A stretch of 63,752 nucleotides of DNA, counting the filler, from Octopus bimaculoides (Eukaryota), in the NCBI RefSeq assembly GCF_001194135.2. It is 6 parts of 5 records of this genome, joined end to end, with 100 filler letters (N's around TTAATTAATTAA, not from the genome) between each part and the next. Parts side by side here need not be neighbours in the genome. Positions count along the whole stretch, not along the records: positions 35,649 to 44,837 come from NC_068990.1; positions 44,938 to 56,273 come from NC_068992.1; 4 more parts are not named here. One strand, 5' to 3'. Positions 37,890 to 50,315 of this stretch are shown in pieces (position 1 is the first letter of the stretch; every line of letters begins with the position of its first letter). The notes under the pieces were generated by a model. The model had not been told where the DNA came from and made no database searches. It saw nothing but the letters and a program-made list of their open reading frames with translations. A program made the position numbers and the translations under genes.

Positions 37890-38240
37890 TTTAGTCTAGG
37901 GATCATACAATTAGATTGAAGTTGGTGAATTAATAGGACTGTATAGATTATGTTTACTTTGAAAAAGGTAATGTTCTTATCATCAGGATGGATTAATCAG
38001 TTTGCAAAGGATGAATGGTTTACATCATAGATACAGATATTATCAAGATGAAGTTTATTAGCATATTCAAGGAGTTACATTCAATGATCACAGTAAATAT
38101 AAATTTAAACATAGTTAATTTCTTAGATTTATCTTTAGATTTAGGCACAGCTGCTAAATGCTGTTCTTAGAGTAAAACTAATGAGAAATATTCATTCATT
38201 TGTATAAATTGCAAACATATCCCAATAACCCTAAGAAAAT
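37890..38240 (+). mobile_element. Penelope-like RT fragment, degenerate
   Basis: GSYN*IEVGELIGLY resembles the PLE motif MGSYDGAEVCELVGLY; KFISIFKELHSMITVNINLNIVNFLDLSLDL matches the PLE VNFLD region. Confidence 0.7.
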
Positions 38241-38360
38241 GCTTTCTTAACACTTCAGTATTTAAACCAGCCATATTCAACCCAAATATTCGATTTGATT
38301 CAATCCCAAACTAGCTTCTCACACCTATCCTACTATGTCATTCTGAAAATAAACAATCAT

Positions 38361-38470
38361 GCGTGGCACCTTGGGCAAGTGTCTTCTACTATAGCCTCGG
38401 GCCGACCAAAGCCTTGCGAGTGGATTTGGTAGACGGAAACTGAAAGAAGCTCATCGTATATGTGTGTGTG

Positions 38471-38513
<43 letters not shown>

Positions 38514-38765
38514 ATGTGAGTGTGTGTGTGTGTGTGTGTATGTATGTGTGTGNNNNNNNNNNNNNNNNNNNNNNNNNNNNNNTGTCAACCAATGCCGGGG
38601 TGTTTACGTCCTCATAACTTAGTGGTTCGTCGGCAAAAGAGACCGATAGAATAAGTACTAGGCTTCCAAAGAATAAGTTCTGGGGTCGATTTGCTCGACT
38701 AAAGGCAGTGCTCCAGCATGGCCGCAGTTAAACGACTGAAGCAAGTAAAAGAGTAAAAGAGAGAG
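38361..38765 (+). mobile_element. SINE family 1, 5'-truncated, central microsatellite and gap
   Basis: Starts at gcgtggcaccttgggcaag; ends with the gagtaaaa tail. Confidence 0.88.
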
Positions 38766-39835
38766 AGCATATCAAAATTTTGAAGCTTGATTAATTCAAA
38801 ACAATCCATAAATACAAGCATGTCTTTTACAGCCATGCCTCCCATTCCCTCTCTCTTGTGAGCTCACAGATGCTGGTGCCTTGTAAAAAGAATCCATTTC
38901 TGTATCTTACAAAAAGCACCATACTGGTGTCATGCATAAAGTACCTGTGTGGGTGCCTCATAAAATGCACTTGCACTAGTTCTACCTATGCAGGTGTCCC
39001 ATTTATGTAACACCCATGTTGGTGCCACATAATAGCACTAGTGCTGGTGCCATGTAAAAAAACACCCAGAGCATTCTGCAAAGTGGTTGGTGTCAGGAAT
39101 GGCATCCAACCATTGAGACCATGCCAAAACAGAGAATTGGAGCATGGTGCAGCTCTCTGGTTGGTCAGCCCCTGTCAAACTGTCCAACCCATGTCAGCAT
39201 AGAAAATGGGCGTTAAATGATGATAATGTAAATGAATAAGCATTAAATTTGGCAAAGTAATATGAATGCCCAAGGGTTTATGACGTTTGTAAGTATAAAT
39301 CCATCTTATTCTCAGATGAGGAATGCTTTAATAATGCATTGTATTGTCAGATGAAGAATATTTTATATTTTAACCATGCAATGATGCATTAAAAGACAAT
39401 AGTTTTGAAAACTGTATACATTGCACTGAGAATGACATTGAGGATCATAAACACTGAAATGTGAAATAAAATATGGGGTTCACTCGTCTAAAGGTTAAAT
39501 GTTCATTCTAATGTTGTCAGGTCTTGCTTAAATTTTATGAATAAACATTTTCTCCATTAGCAGATATCATAAGACAGTTATAGAAAAAGAAAATAGCCTC
39601 AAAGTGAGCTACAGTTGCATGAAAATGTTCATTGCTTTATAACTAGAATAAACAGAAGAGACTGTTCCTGTGTGAACATGCAAAACTCTTCTCTGAGTAA
39701 TTGTTTCAAAGACAATACTTGCCATGTCGATGGTGTTTTTTTGAGGTATTGATTTATTGAATTAGAGTCAGTCTTGCAGAGGATAAGTACTACAAAGAGC
39801 TATATAAGGCTTACTGAAAATGTCTTTGAAAAATT

Positions 39836-40297
39836 CATGCAGTATATGGATGAGAACACCTGCGTAAAGAAGTACTGAGCTCTAATTGTGAAGGGTACCA
39901 GTGGAGAGGGTAGTCTCAGGAAGACGTGGGACGATGTGGTAAGAAAGGATCTTCGGACACGGGGCCTCACTGAAGAAATAACAAGGGACCAGCAGATGTG
40001 ACATCTTTCTGTACTTGATAAGACACGTCAAACTAAGTAGAATGACTGTCTTCCACACATACAAGCTTGTTCTTTCAGGTGCTGGTGCCACTTAAAAAGT
40101 ACCTGGGCTAATGGTACGTAAAAGGCACCCAGCACACTCTGCTAAGTGGTTGGTGTTAGGAAGGGCATCCAGCTGTAGAAACCATACCACAACAGACAGT
40201 TGGAATTTAGACGGCTTTTCTGCTAGCCAGCTCCATGTCAAACAGTACAACCCATGCCAGCATAGAAAGCAGGTGTTAAACAATGATGATGATGATG
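39836..40297 (+). mobile_element. RTE LINE 3' end (ORF end, UTR, (GAT)n tail)
   Basis: MQYMDENTCVKKY*..KGTSG.G..RKTWDDVVRKDL resembles the RTE motif GRPRKTW..VV.KD; followed by the family 3' UTR. A related UTR piece lies at 38870-39230. Confidence 0.8.
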
Positions 40298-40854
40298 ATA
40301 TATGTATACATTCAAATACTCAAAAAGATACCATAACTACTTCTCTCACCAAATTTATCTAGAGTTTGAGGAATGATGATATTGAAAATTATAAGCTCAA
40401 TTGGTTTGTTAGAAACACACTTCCCTTTACATTAATGGCTCCAGAATGTGTGATTTCTTTCTCTTGCAGAAATATATCATCCTAGTACAGATTTCAAAAA
40501 AAAAATTAGAATACATGAATTCCTGCAGACACTTCTATTGACATTTATTGTGGAATTTTCAGCTGCCAACTGGCTAAAAGTATTTCATCTCCTACATAAA
40601 GGATTTGTTCTATCATACCCTAATAGTCTTATTTTCAAGAAATTGCTTATTCAGCAACTCAGAACTTTATCTATGAGGGAGCTGCTTCCTTTGTTACATG
40701 TGTTTTATAGATGTCGTCTTGAAGACATGAAAGATTATTTGCATGCAGATAGATGAATATATTACATGTTCTATGCACAGCAATCAATACATGAATGGAT
40801 GATGCGATTTCTAACATTTTTTTCAGCAACCAATCAAATCTCTTTGTATAGGGC

Positions 40855-41110
40855 TTTAGTGGCTGATGATATGTGCATCTCTGATCATGAGCAGAAGTAG
40901 TTGGGGAGCATCATAGCCATGTGTTGAGAGGAGTTTGGATAATTCACCTCTGGAAACATGGGTGTTTCATTCAGTATCCTTAAACAACCTTTATTCAGGG
41001 ACCTTTTGAGCAGGATGGGCTACTCAACCTGAAGAAAATTCTAACTGGGCCCCACCTGCAAGGTCATGTGCTGTTAGTCTTGATATGAGTTCACCATGTC
41101 GTGCACATAT
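40855..41110. mobile_element. Partial copy of the 32735-33980 repeat
   Basis: gtggctgatgatatgtgcatctctgatca...gaagaaaattctaactgggccc. Confidence 0.8.
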
Positions 41111-41744
41111 TATGTATGCATGTATATATATATGCATGTATGCATGATGCATGTGTGTATGCATGCATAATATGTATGTATGTATGTGTGTGTATGCATG
41201 CACGCATGTATGCATGCATGTATGTATGTACATGTATGCATATACGTATACGCATATCTATGCGTGTGTGTCTTGTGTTTATCTTCCACCACCGCTTGAC
41301 AAGCGGTGTTGGGGTGCTGACGTCCCCTTCTTTTAGCGGTTCGGCAAAAAAGACCGATAGAATAAGTAGCATGTTTTTTCTTTAAAAGAAAAAAAATTGC
41401 TGCGGTTGATTCATTCAACTAAAATTCCTTGAGGCAGTGCCGCAGCGTGGCCGCACTCTGATGTCTGACGCAAGTATAAGAATAAAAGGGTATATATATA
41501 TATATATATATNNNNNNNNNNTAATAATAATAATAATAATAATAATAATAGTGATTGGTGTTAGGAAGGACATCCAGTTGTGGAAAGCCATGCCAGAACA
41601 GAGAATGGAGTCGGATATGGTTCGTAGCCTTGCCAGCTCCTGTCAAACCATCCAGCCGATGCCAGCATTGGAAACAGATGTTAAATGATGACGATGATGA
41701 TGATGATGACGATGATGATGACGATGATGAAGATGACTGCAACA

Positions 41745-42330
41745 GCTATGCCTACACAATAACAGAAGCAAGACTGTATTACTTTGGTCCCAAGATAAGA
41801 ATAGATATCACAAAAAGTTGGTATGAACACCAACCTAAACCAAAAGTTGAAATTAACAACATCACTATCCTTTGGTCAGGATATTACAGTATACACTAAT
41901 TACACAATTAATGCCAATTGCCGAAATATTGTCATTAAAAATACCAAAAATGAGACCTTCATATTTATAGATATTACAATATCATCTGACAAAAATGCAT
42001 CTGCCGAGGATTATGATAAATTGGCCAAATATAAACTCTTTAACTCTTTAACATGTTTCAACTTTAAAACTGCAGTCATGCTGGAGTACCCTCATTGAAA
42101 AATATGGAACACTTCATGAATTTGTGTTTCCTCCTAGTGCCGGTCAGAAATTGAAATAAGCAGGATGTGGCTCCTGAAGATAGAAAAAATATCAGTTGTG
42201 ACAAGCACTAGGGTTCATAAAAAGTTAGTGACTTCCTTGAAAGAATTCCCAGAAGAATCTAGCATATATAAAATCAAGAAAAAAATATGAAACAATATGG
42301 CTCGCATTCTACATAAGTTCTTGTCCTTGT
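41745..42330 (+). mobile_element. R4/Dong-type LINE endonuclease-region fragments
   Basis: KSWYEHQPKP..E.NNITILW; IDITISSD.N....YDKLAKYK; then a degenerate VVTSTRVHK...ARILHKFL. Confidence 0.6.
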
Positions 42331-42558
42331 ATTCTATATACTGGAAAGCTTTTCTTCTCTCTGATATTATTTGAGCCAAGTATAATATCTCCACTGGGCC
42401 AGACGCTGTATGGGACAATAATATTACACAGCAATTCCTGGCCTAGGCGTCTTGTTACCCAGCAGGTGTTTGTTATCTTGCTAATATCAAAGGAAGAAAA
42501 AATGATAATGTATATGTGCATGTTGTATGTCTATGTTTTTACACACACACACATACAT

Positions 42559-42590
<32 letters not shown>

Positions 42591-42811
42591 GCACACACAC
42601 ACAAACGCAAACACACACACAAACACACACACACACACGNNNNNNNNNNNNNNNNNNNNNNNNACGTACACACAACACACACACACACGCACACACAACA
42701 CACACACACACACACACTACTTTCCATGGATATTTATTTTGATCTCTGCACCAAAGTTTTTATTATTGTGTAGGCATAGCTGTTGCATTACAATGTGAGG
42801 AATGTCAATGT

Positions 42812-42990
42812 AATGTCAACGGAATGTTGGGAATGTGAATGGAATGTGAATGGGATGTGAATGGTATGCTAGGAATGTGGATGGAATGTGAAGAATGTGA
42901 ATGGAATGTGAGTAATGTCAATGGAATGTTGGGAATGCGAATGGAATTTGAGGAATGTGAATGGAATGTGAGGAATGTGGCTGGGATGTG
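42812..42990. repeat. Degenerate (GAATGTGA[AT]G)n minisatellite
   Basis: Directly visible 9-10-bp units. Confidence 0.85.
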
Positions 42991-43122
42991 GTTGGAAAGT
43001 CTAATAGAACCAATTAATAAAATGACCATAAACGCAATCTCGACCAACTGTCCTCCAGTATAAACTTGTTCACGTGTCTACGTAAATAAATTCAATTAAT
43101 TTTCCATTAGAACTTATTCAAT

Positions 43123-43715
43123 GGATAGTTGATCCAATTTGCATTGTGGACATTTGATGCACTTAACGCTTGTGGACAGTTGATCGAATTTGCGCTAGAT
43201 GATAGTTGATCGAATTTGCTCTAACGGACAGTTGATCGCATTTGCACTTGTGGACAGAAAATCAAATTTGCACTTTTGGACAGTTCATCGAATTTGTACT
43301 AGCGGAGACTTGATCGAATTTGCGCTAGCAGACAGTTGAACAAATTTAAACTAGCGCACAGCTGATCGAATTTACACTAGCGGGCAGTTGAACGATTTTA
43401 ACTTGTGAACAGTTGATCGAATTTGGACTAGTGGACAGTTGATCGAATTTACACTAGCAGACAGTTGATCGATTTAACTTGTGGACAGTTGATCAAATTT
43501 GGACTAGTGGACAGTTGATCGAATTTAAACTAGCGAACAGTTGATCGAATTTCAGCTTGTCGAAAGTTGATCGAATTTGGTCTAGCGGACAGTTGATCGA
43601 ATTTAAGCTTGTGCACAGTTCATCGAATTTTCGATTTTAGACAGTTGATCGAATTATCGATTTGGACAGTTGATCAAATTTTCGGTTTTGGACAGTTGAT
43701 CGAATTTTCGATTTT
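43123..43715. repeat. 26-bp minisatellite, about 23 copies (ggacagttgatcgaatttNNNctagy)
   Basis: Conserved 18-bp core with a variable 7-8-bp end; one inverted core at 43040-43053. Confidence 0.92.
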
Positions 43716-44512
43716 GTACGTATGAATGTATGTATGTATGTATGTACGTAATGTACCTATGTACGTATGTAGGAATGAATATATGTATGTATGTAGGTAT
43801 GTACGTATGTATTTACGTACGTACGTACGTAATGTATGTATGTATGTACGTATGTACGTATGTATATACGTATGTATGTACGTACGTAATGTATGTATGC
43901 ATGTTTGTATATATGTATGTAAGTACGTACGTAATGTATGTATGCATGTTTGTATATATGTATGTATGTACGTTTGTACGTATGTATGTATGTACGTATG
44001 TACGTATGTATGTATGTACGTACGTATGTGCGTATGTACGTACGTACGTAATGTACGTATGTACATATGTATGTATGTATGTACGTATGTACTTATGTAC
44101 GTACGTAATGTACGTATGTACGCATGTATGTATATATGTACATATGTCATGTATGTATGTACGTATGTATATATGTATGTACGTATGTATGTATGTATGT
44201 ATGTATGTATGTATGTATGTACGTACGTATGTATATATGTATGTACGTATGTATGTATGTATGTATGTATGTATGTACGTACGTACGTACGTACGTACGT
44301 ACGTAATGTACGTATGTATGTATCTATGTATGTATGTATGTATGTATGTATGTATGTTTGAATGTATGTATATATGTACGTTTGTACGTATGTACGTATG
44401 TCATGTATGTATGTATGTTTGTATGTATGCATTTATGTATGTATTTACGTATGTTCGTATGTACGTACGTACGTACTTAATGTACATATGTATGTACGTA
44501 TGTACGTACGTA

Positions 44513-44544
<32 letters not shown>

Positions 44545-44836
44545 GCATATGTACGAATGTATGTATGTACGTATGTACGTACGTACGTACGTACGTAATA
44601 TTCGTATGTACGTATGTACGTATGTATGCACGAATGTATGTATGTACGTATGTATATATGTATGTATGTTCTTATGCACGTATGTACGTACGTACGTACG
44701 TAATATATGTATGTACGTATGTACTTATGTACGTACGTACGTACGTACGTAATGTATGTATGTATGTTTGCATATATGTATGTATGTATGTACGTATGTA
44801 CGTATGTATATATGTATGTACGTATGTATGTATGTA
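43716..44836. repeat. About 1.1-kb mixed (TATG/TACG)n satellite
   Basis: Directly visible. Confidence 0.95.
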
Positions 44837-45719
44837 CNNNNNNNNNNNNNNNNNNNNNNNNNNNNNNNNNNNNNNNNNNNNTTAATTAATTAANNNNNNN
44901 NNNNNNNNNNNNNNNNNNNNNNNNNNNNNNNNNNNNNATATATATATATATATATATAGGTGCGTGTCTTTATGTCTGTGTTTTCCCCCACCACCGCTTG
45001 ATAACTGGTGTTGGAGTGTTAATGTCTCCATGACTTAGCGGTTCGGCAAAAGGGTCCGATAGAATAAGTACCAGACTTTCAAAAACACTAAGTCGCTTAG
45101 GCGCTAAGGCGATTGTAACATGCTGTTGATTATTGTTCTAAATTTGCTTTGACCAGCCATCATTCTCTGATGGAAGACTATTGTATGTGTCGCACCCATG
45201 ATTGCAAGATTGTGGTTTCGATTCTTATACAGGAAGACTTTGTTTCATGGTGCTCCAGTCCACTCACCTGCAAAGAAATAAGTAATCCAGCGACTCAAGA
45301 GGTGAGGATATATTCTTCACAGAACTTCGCATTTTATCCTTTTCCTTCATTAACAAAGAGCACTCGTCTAGTACCGAGGTTACAATATTCAGAACCTCCA
45401 TTCCCTCCACATGTACATTCTTGTGCTTATCTTAGAGTTCCTTGCTATATAATTATTGTTGAATTTGGTGTTCAGGTCAGGTGAGGTCAACATTCCTAAA
45501 GTTGTTTCCATTCCTCTCCAATACACAGAAATCGATTTTCAGCATAATGTGATCAACCTAAAGGTACCAGACATATATTGGTGTTGATTAATATATATCT
45601 CTCATTATAATTACAGGTGTTTTGGTAATGTAGTCACCATTGTCTTCATTGCCATTGTTATATTCGTCATCATTATAATTATAATTATCGTCAATGTTAT
45701 TATCATCATCAACTTCAAT

Positions 45720-45761
45720 ATCATCACATTATCTTTGTTAACATCATCGTCATCGTCATCG

Positions 45762-45800
<39 letters not shown>

Positions 45801-45868
45801 GCATCATCATCATCACCATCATCATCATCACCATTATCATCATCGTCGTCGTCGTCGTCGTCGTCGTC
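45720..45868. repeat. (CAT/CGT)n trinucleotide tract
   Basis: Directly visible. Confidence 0.9.
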
Positions 45869-46169
45869 TTTATGGGCTTCCTCCTTATCGACCTCCCCAA
45901 AGTTTATTTTTTGGGTGTGATTGTTGTTGTTCTTATGCATATCTTGTGCCACTACGGTTAATAGTTACACCGAAATACCTCGGATGTTGGCAGTACACCA
46001 ACCTTGCACGTGTTTCAAGGTAGAAAAATGTGTAGTAATTAATGTGGGTCTAGTGTTTCTCAATATTATCATCATTTATAGCGAGATCTGACACTTCCAG
46101 ACCGAATCTAATTTAATATGTGGTACAGTTCTCCTTCCTACCCAAATACATTTGATACTGCGGGTTCTA

Positions 46170-46459
46170 GGCGGCGAGCTGGAAGAAACGTTAGCACGCC
46201 GGGCGAAGTGCTTTGCAGTATTTCGTCTGTTTTTACGTTCTGAGTTCAAATTACGCCGAGGTCGATTTTGCCTTTCACCCTTGCAGTGTCGATAAATTAA
46301 GTACCAGTTATGCACTGGGGTCGATGTAATCGTCTTAATCCTATTCTATGTCCTCGTTTGTCCCCTCTATGTTAGCCCCTTGTGGGCAATAAAGAATTAA
46401 GAAACGTTAGCGCGACGGGCGAAATGCTTTGCAGTATTTCGTCTGTCTTTACGTTCTGA
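46170..46459 (+). mobile_element. SINE family 3, full copy plus partial tandem copy
   Basis: ggcggcgagctggaagaaacgttagcacgccgggcgaa...gttctgagttcaaatt.cgccgaggtcg...aagtaccag. Other copies at about 10850-11075, 11570-11680, 51308-51410 (all minus) and 61175-61350. Confidence 0.85.
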
Positions 46460-46557
46460 ATCCCTCCAAGTCTGAGGCATTTATGAATAGTAATGCCCTT
46501 AATATAAATAAATATATATATATGTATGTATGTATATATATATGTGTGTGTGTGTGT

Positions 46558-46591
<34 letters not shown>

Positions 46592-47816
46592 NNNNNNNNN
46601 NNNNNNNNNNNNNNNNNNNNNNNNNNNNNNNNNNNNNNNNNNNNNNNNNNNNNNNNNNNNNNNNNNNNNNNNNNNNNNNNNNNNNNNNNNNNNNNNNNNN
46701 NNNNNNNNNNNNNNNNNNNNNNNNNNNNNNNNNNNNNNNNNNNNNNNNNNNNNNNNNNNNNNNNNNNNNNNNNNNNNNNNNNNNNNNNNNNNNNNNNNNN
46801 NNNNNNNNNNNNNNNNNNNNNNNNNNNNNNNNNNNNNNNNNNNNNNNNNNNNNNNNNNNNNNNNNNNNNNNNNNNNNNNNNNNNNNNNNNNNNNNNNNNN
46901 NNNNNNNNNNNNNNNNNNNNNNNNNNNNNNNNNNNNNNNNNNNNNNNNNNNNNNNNNNNNNNNNNNNNNNNNNNNNNNNNNNNNNNNNNNNNNNNNNNNN
47001 NNNNNNNNNNNNNNNNNNNNNNNNNNNNNNNNNNNNNNNNNNNNNNNNNNNNNNNNNNNNNNNNNNNNNNNNNNNNNNNNNNNNNNNNNNNNNNNNNNNN
47101 NNNNNNNNNNNNNNNNNNNNNNNNNNNNNNNNNNNNNNNNNNNNNNNNNNNNNNNNNNNNNNNNNNNNNNNNNNNNNNNNNNNNNNNNNNNNNNNNNNNN
47201 NNNNNNNNNNNNNNNNNNNNNNNNNNNNNNNNNNNNNNNNNNNNNNNNNNNNNNNNNNNNNNNNNNNNNNNNNNNNNNGTCTTTACGTTCTGAATCCCTC
47301 CAAGTCTGAGGCATTTATGAATAGTAATGCCCTTAATATAAATAAATATATATATATGTATATATGTACACATACATACAATGTGAATTTTCGCCCTACT
47401 TTTAGCGAATCAAAGCAATCGTATTGACGTTCCCTCACTGTCTTTCTGTAAATGTGATGATGTTATGGCTGTCTAGTCCGGAGTCAACCCTGATCGAAGA
47501 CAGTTGTGATCAAAGACAATCAAGTAATGAACATCCCGTCTCCTTCAGGCTATGCAACGCCGCATAATATGTTGTGCTGATATAAGGGGATAAGGAGAGA
47601 CATTGTAAACAGACGTGTCTGCTGTGTTTACAAAATCGAACAACCATATAAAGCTTCCTAGGTGAACTGCGTGAGTTAATAAGCAATAGATGTTTCGTAG
47701 AGATCAACATATAACTTCGACAATGTCCGCAATCTTTCGATGTTATCTCTTTACAACTCGAAAACAAACAATAGTAGTTACATAACAGAGTCAATGCTGA
47801 TGAGGAACGGCTTGGA

Positions 47817-48035
47817 CGACGATGACGACAACGACGACGATGATGATAATGATGATGATGATGATGATGATGAGGAGGAGGAGGAGGAGGAGCAGGAGGG
47901 GGAGCAGCAGGAGGGGGAGCAGCAGGAGGAGCAGCAGGAGGAGCAGCCGGAGGAGCAGGAAGAGGAGCAGGAGGGAGATGAAATCGACGACGAACACAAC
48001 GACGACGACGATTATGATGATGAGGGGTATGATGC

Positions 48036-48096
<61 letters not shown>

Positions 48097-48311
48097 ATGG
48101 ATATTGATGATGATGATGCTGATGAATATGATGCTGATGATGATGATGATGATGCTGATTATGATGATAAGGATGGTGACGATGATGATGATGATGATAA
48201 GGTTGATGATGAGGATGATGAAGTTGATGAGGATGAGGATGATGATGATGATGATGTTCAAAATGATGATCATCATCATCATGACGACTACTACTACTAC
48301 GACGACGACGA
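47817..48311. repeat. Compound (GAT/GAG/GCT)n trinucleotide tract
   Basis: Directly visible; opens several frames at once. Confidence 0.9.
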
Positions 48312-49133
48312 TGCGTGCAGTAATTTGTGCTGTTTGATATACACATTCAACGAGCGAATAAATAATAATCATCAAAAATGCGAGTGTATCATAGCTTTCG
48401 TTATGACTCGTTTTATTGATTCTCTCATTTATTTATTTATTCCTCTGTTTATTCATTTATTTTTTTTCATCTATTTATGTATTTCTGCATCTATTTAACC
48501 AAATAACCAGTTATTTCGGTTCTGTCTTGCCGTAAATAACATCTAACCTTTTTTATCTTTAACATAAGCAACATTCCCAATTTGAGGTGATGGTTAAGGA
48601 ATATCCTCTCGCGACATGGATTTCATTGTTAGGTAATGGAGCAATGCAAATAATGAACAAATTACAGTTTATATGGCGTCAGCACATGTTGAAAGAGGTA
48701 TGTGTGTATCTGTGCGACTATATGTGTATGTGTGTGTATGCATGTCTTTCTGTGAGTATGATATCGTTACTTCAGTGTAGAGCAATTCTTCGATAAATGT
48801 TATTTCTGTGATATATTTAGCTCAAACAGCATTCTTCTTGTTAACCTTCTTCTCTCAAAGTCTTTTAGAAATATTTTTAAGGTGATATAAACGTAAGCAA
48901 CAAAAATCCCTTTGTTTTTTATAACAGAATGTTTTCCTTATGTACTTATCTTACAATCTCCCGAGCGATGTGATGACAACCTTGTATGATTTACTGATCC
49001 GATTTTCAATGAATACGATATATGAACTACATTACTTACATAGTTATAATGTCATATATGTGTGTGTGTGCATGTGTGTGTCTGTGTGTGTGTGTGTCTG
49101 TCTGTGTCTGTGAGTGTGTGTGTATCTATGTGT

Positions 49134-49177
<44 letters not shown>

Positions 49178-49266
49178 GTGAGAATTTCCAAAAATACAAA
49201 AAAGACGAAGACTGGTGTGTAAACAAGAAACAGATGTATTAGTTTAACGCTCGAGAAATGAGAAAG

Positions 49267-49307
49267 TTTTTTTTACGTTTCGAGTCTACGCTCTTCTACA
49301 GAAAGGA
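49267..49307 (-). ncRNA. Candidate minimal hammerhead-like motif with non-canonical core
   Basis: Minus strand UCCUUU-CUGUAGAA-GAG(CGUAGA)CUC-GAAA-CGU-A-AAA. It has GAAA plus the palindromic ACGU typical of dimeric PLE-associated hammerheads, but CUGANGA is not matched. Confidence 0.3.
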
Positions 49308-49798
49308 ACACAGAAATAAACAGGGAGAGAAAATAGAAAGAGGTTTAGTGGCTAACGGTCTATCATGGCGAATGCCGGACAGTAAGTTAGTCCATCGAAA
49401 GTTGACGAGTGCAATCGTCAACAACTGATGTGTTCGTTAAAGTTATTGCTGTTTATAACGTTCTTAAATTCATTATCAATCAAAAAACCTTCACCTTCAT
49501 TGCATCGTCCCCAGAATGGTGTGTTGGCAAAATACGCTGCTATCTCTATCTAGCTTCATGTTGCTAGATGACAGATTGCCATATTCACAGTTATAACCCG
49601 TCCAAAATTTGCATTAGTTTTTGTATGAACAACAACAACAACGACAATGATAATAACAACAACAAGGTGAACCCCTGACAATTTCACGGAAAATATAAAA
49701 TATGTAAGCATCTGTAAATTGCGTGCTGGTGCTATGAGAACTATTTCCATATTGTAACAGTTGCAGAATATAGAAAGAAGCGTAAAACCAATAACTAT

Positions 49799-50315
49799 AT
49801 TACATGGAAAAATGCGAGCAGGAAAAGTCATATTCTTAAGATTATAAACCTGGAAAAGTACAGCATAAGTTATTACACCTGTAAAAGTATAGGACAAGCT
49901 ATTACTTCTAGTAAAGTAAAGAATAAGAAACTTTTTACTTAAACTATTGCAGCAAAGAATGCCAGTTCTTCTAATTTATCACTCTTTACAGCTCTCATCT
50001 TTTAAATTTATTGTACAAAACCGTTCAGCTAATTTGTAAGTTTGTCTAATTAGTCACTTTTTCTGTGTTTAGGGTAGTAAATTAGCCAAATTCTACTTAA
50101 ATAAGTATTCTGTTATTTGTAAACTATAATAAAATAAGTTGTAATCAAATTTTAATTTTAGTTGCAATATATTAAGTAAAAAGATTCTTATTCTTTACTT
50201 TACTAGAAGTAATAGCTTGTCCTATACTTTTACAGGTAGAATAACTTGTCCTGTACTTTTTCATGTTTATAATCTTAAGAATATGACTTTTCATGCTCGC
50301 ATTTTTCCATGTAAT
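49799..50315. repeat. Foldback with inverted arms of about 153 bp and a 210-bp spacer
   Basis: 49799-49951 versus the reverse complement of 50162-50315; roughly 90% identical by eye. Confidence 0.9.

Noticed and set aside
43123-43715. CRISPR-like appearance of the 26-bp array
   Set aside because: The variable parts are only 7-8 bp and related to each other, there are no cas genes, and the context is eukaryotic.
43674-44885. Long YVCM/HTYI ORFs (up to 340 aa)
   Set aside because: These are translations of tetranucleotide satellite. The same applies to the many CV/HT/YI and X-filled ORFs elsewhere.
45270-45440. Minus-strand CAG|GTGAGT donor and a GGNGGSEYCN peptide resembling the convertase GNGG motif
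   Set aside because: The GGNGG frame stops soon after and the phase-0 frame into the donor contains TGA. It cannot join the phase-0 VTT exon.
46437-47360. Direct repeat of about 80 bp on both sides of a large gap
   Set aside because: Most likely duplicated contig ends.
47740-48498. 252-aa Asp/Glu-rich ORF (and the similar one at 60698-61219)
   Set aside because: Pure trinucleotide repeat that is open in several frames and on both strands; no domain or splice support.
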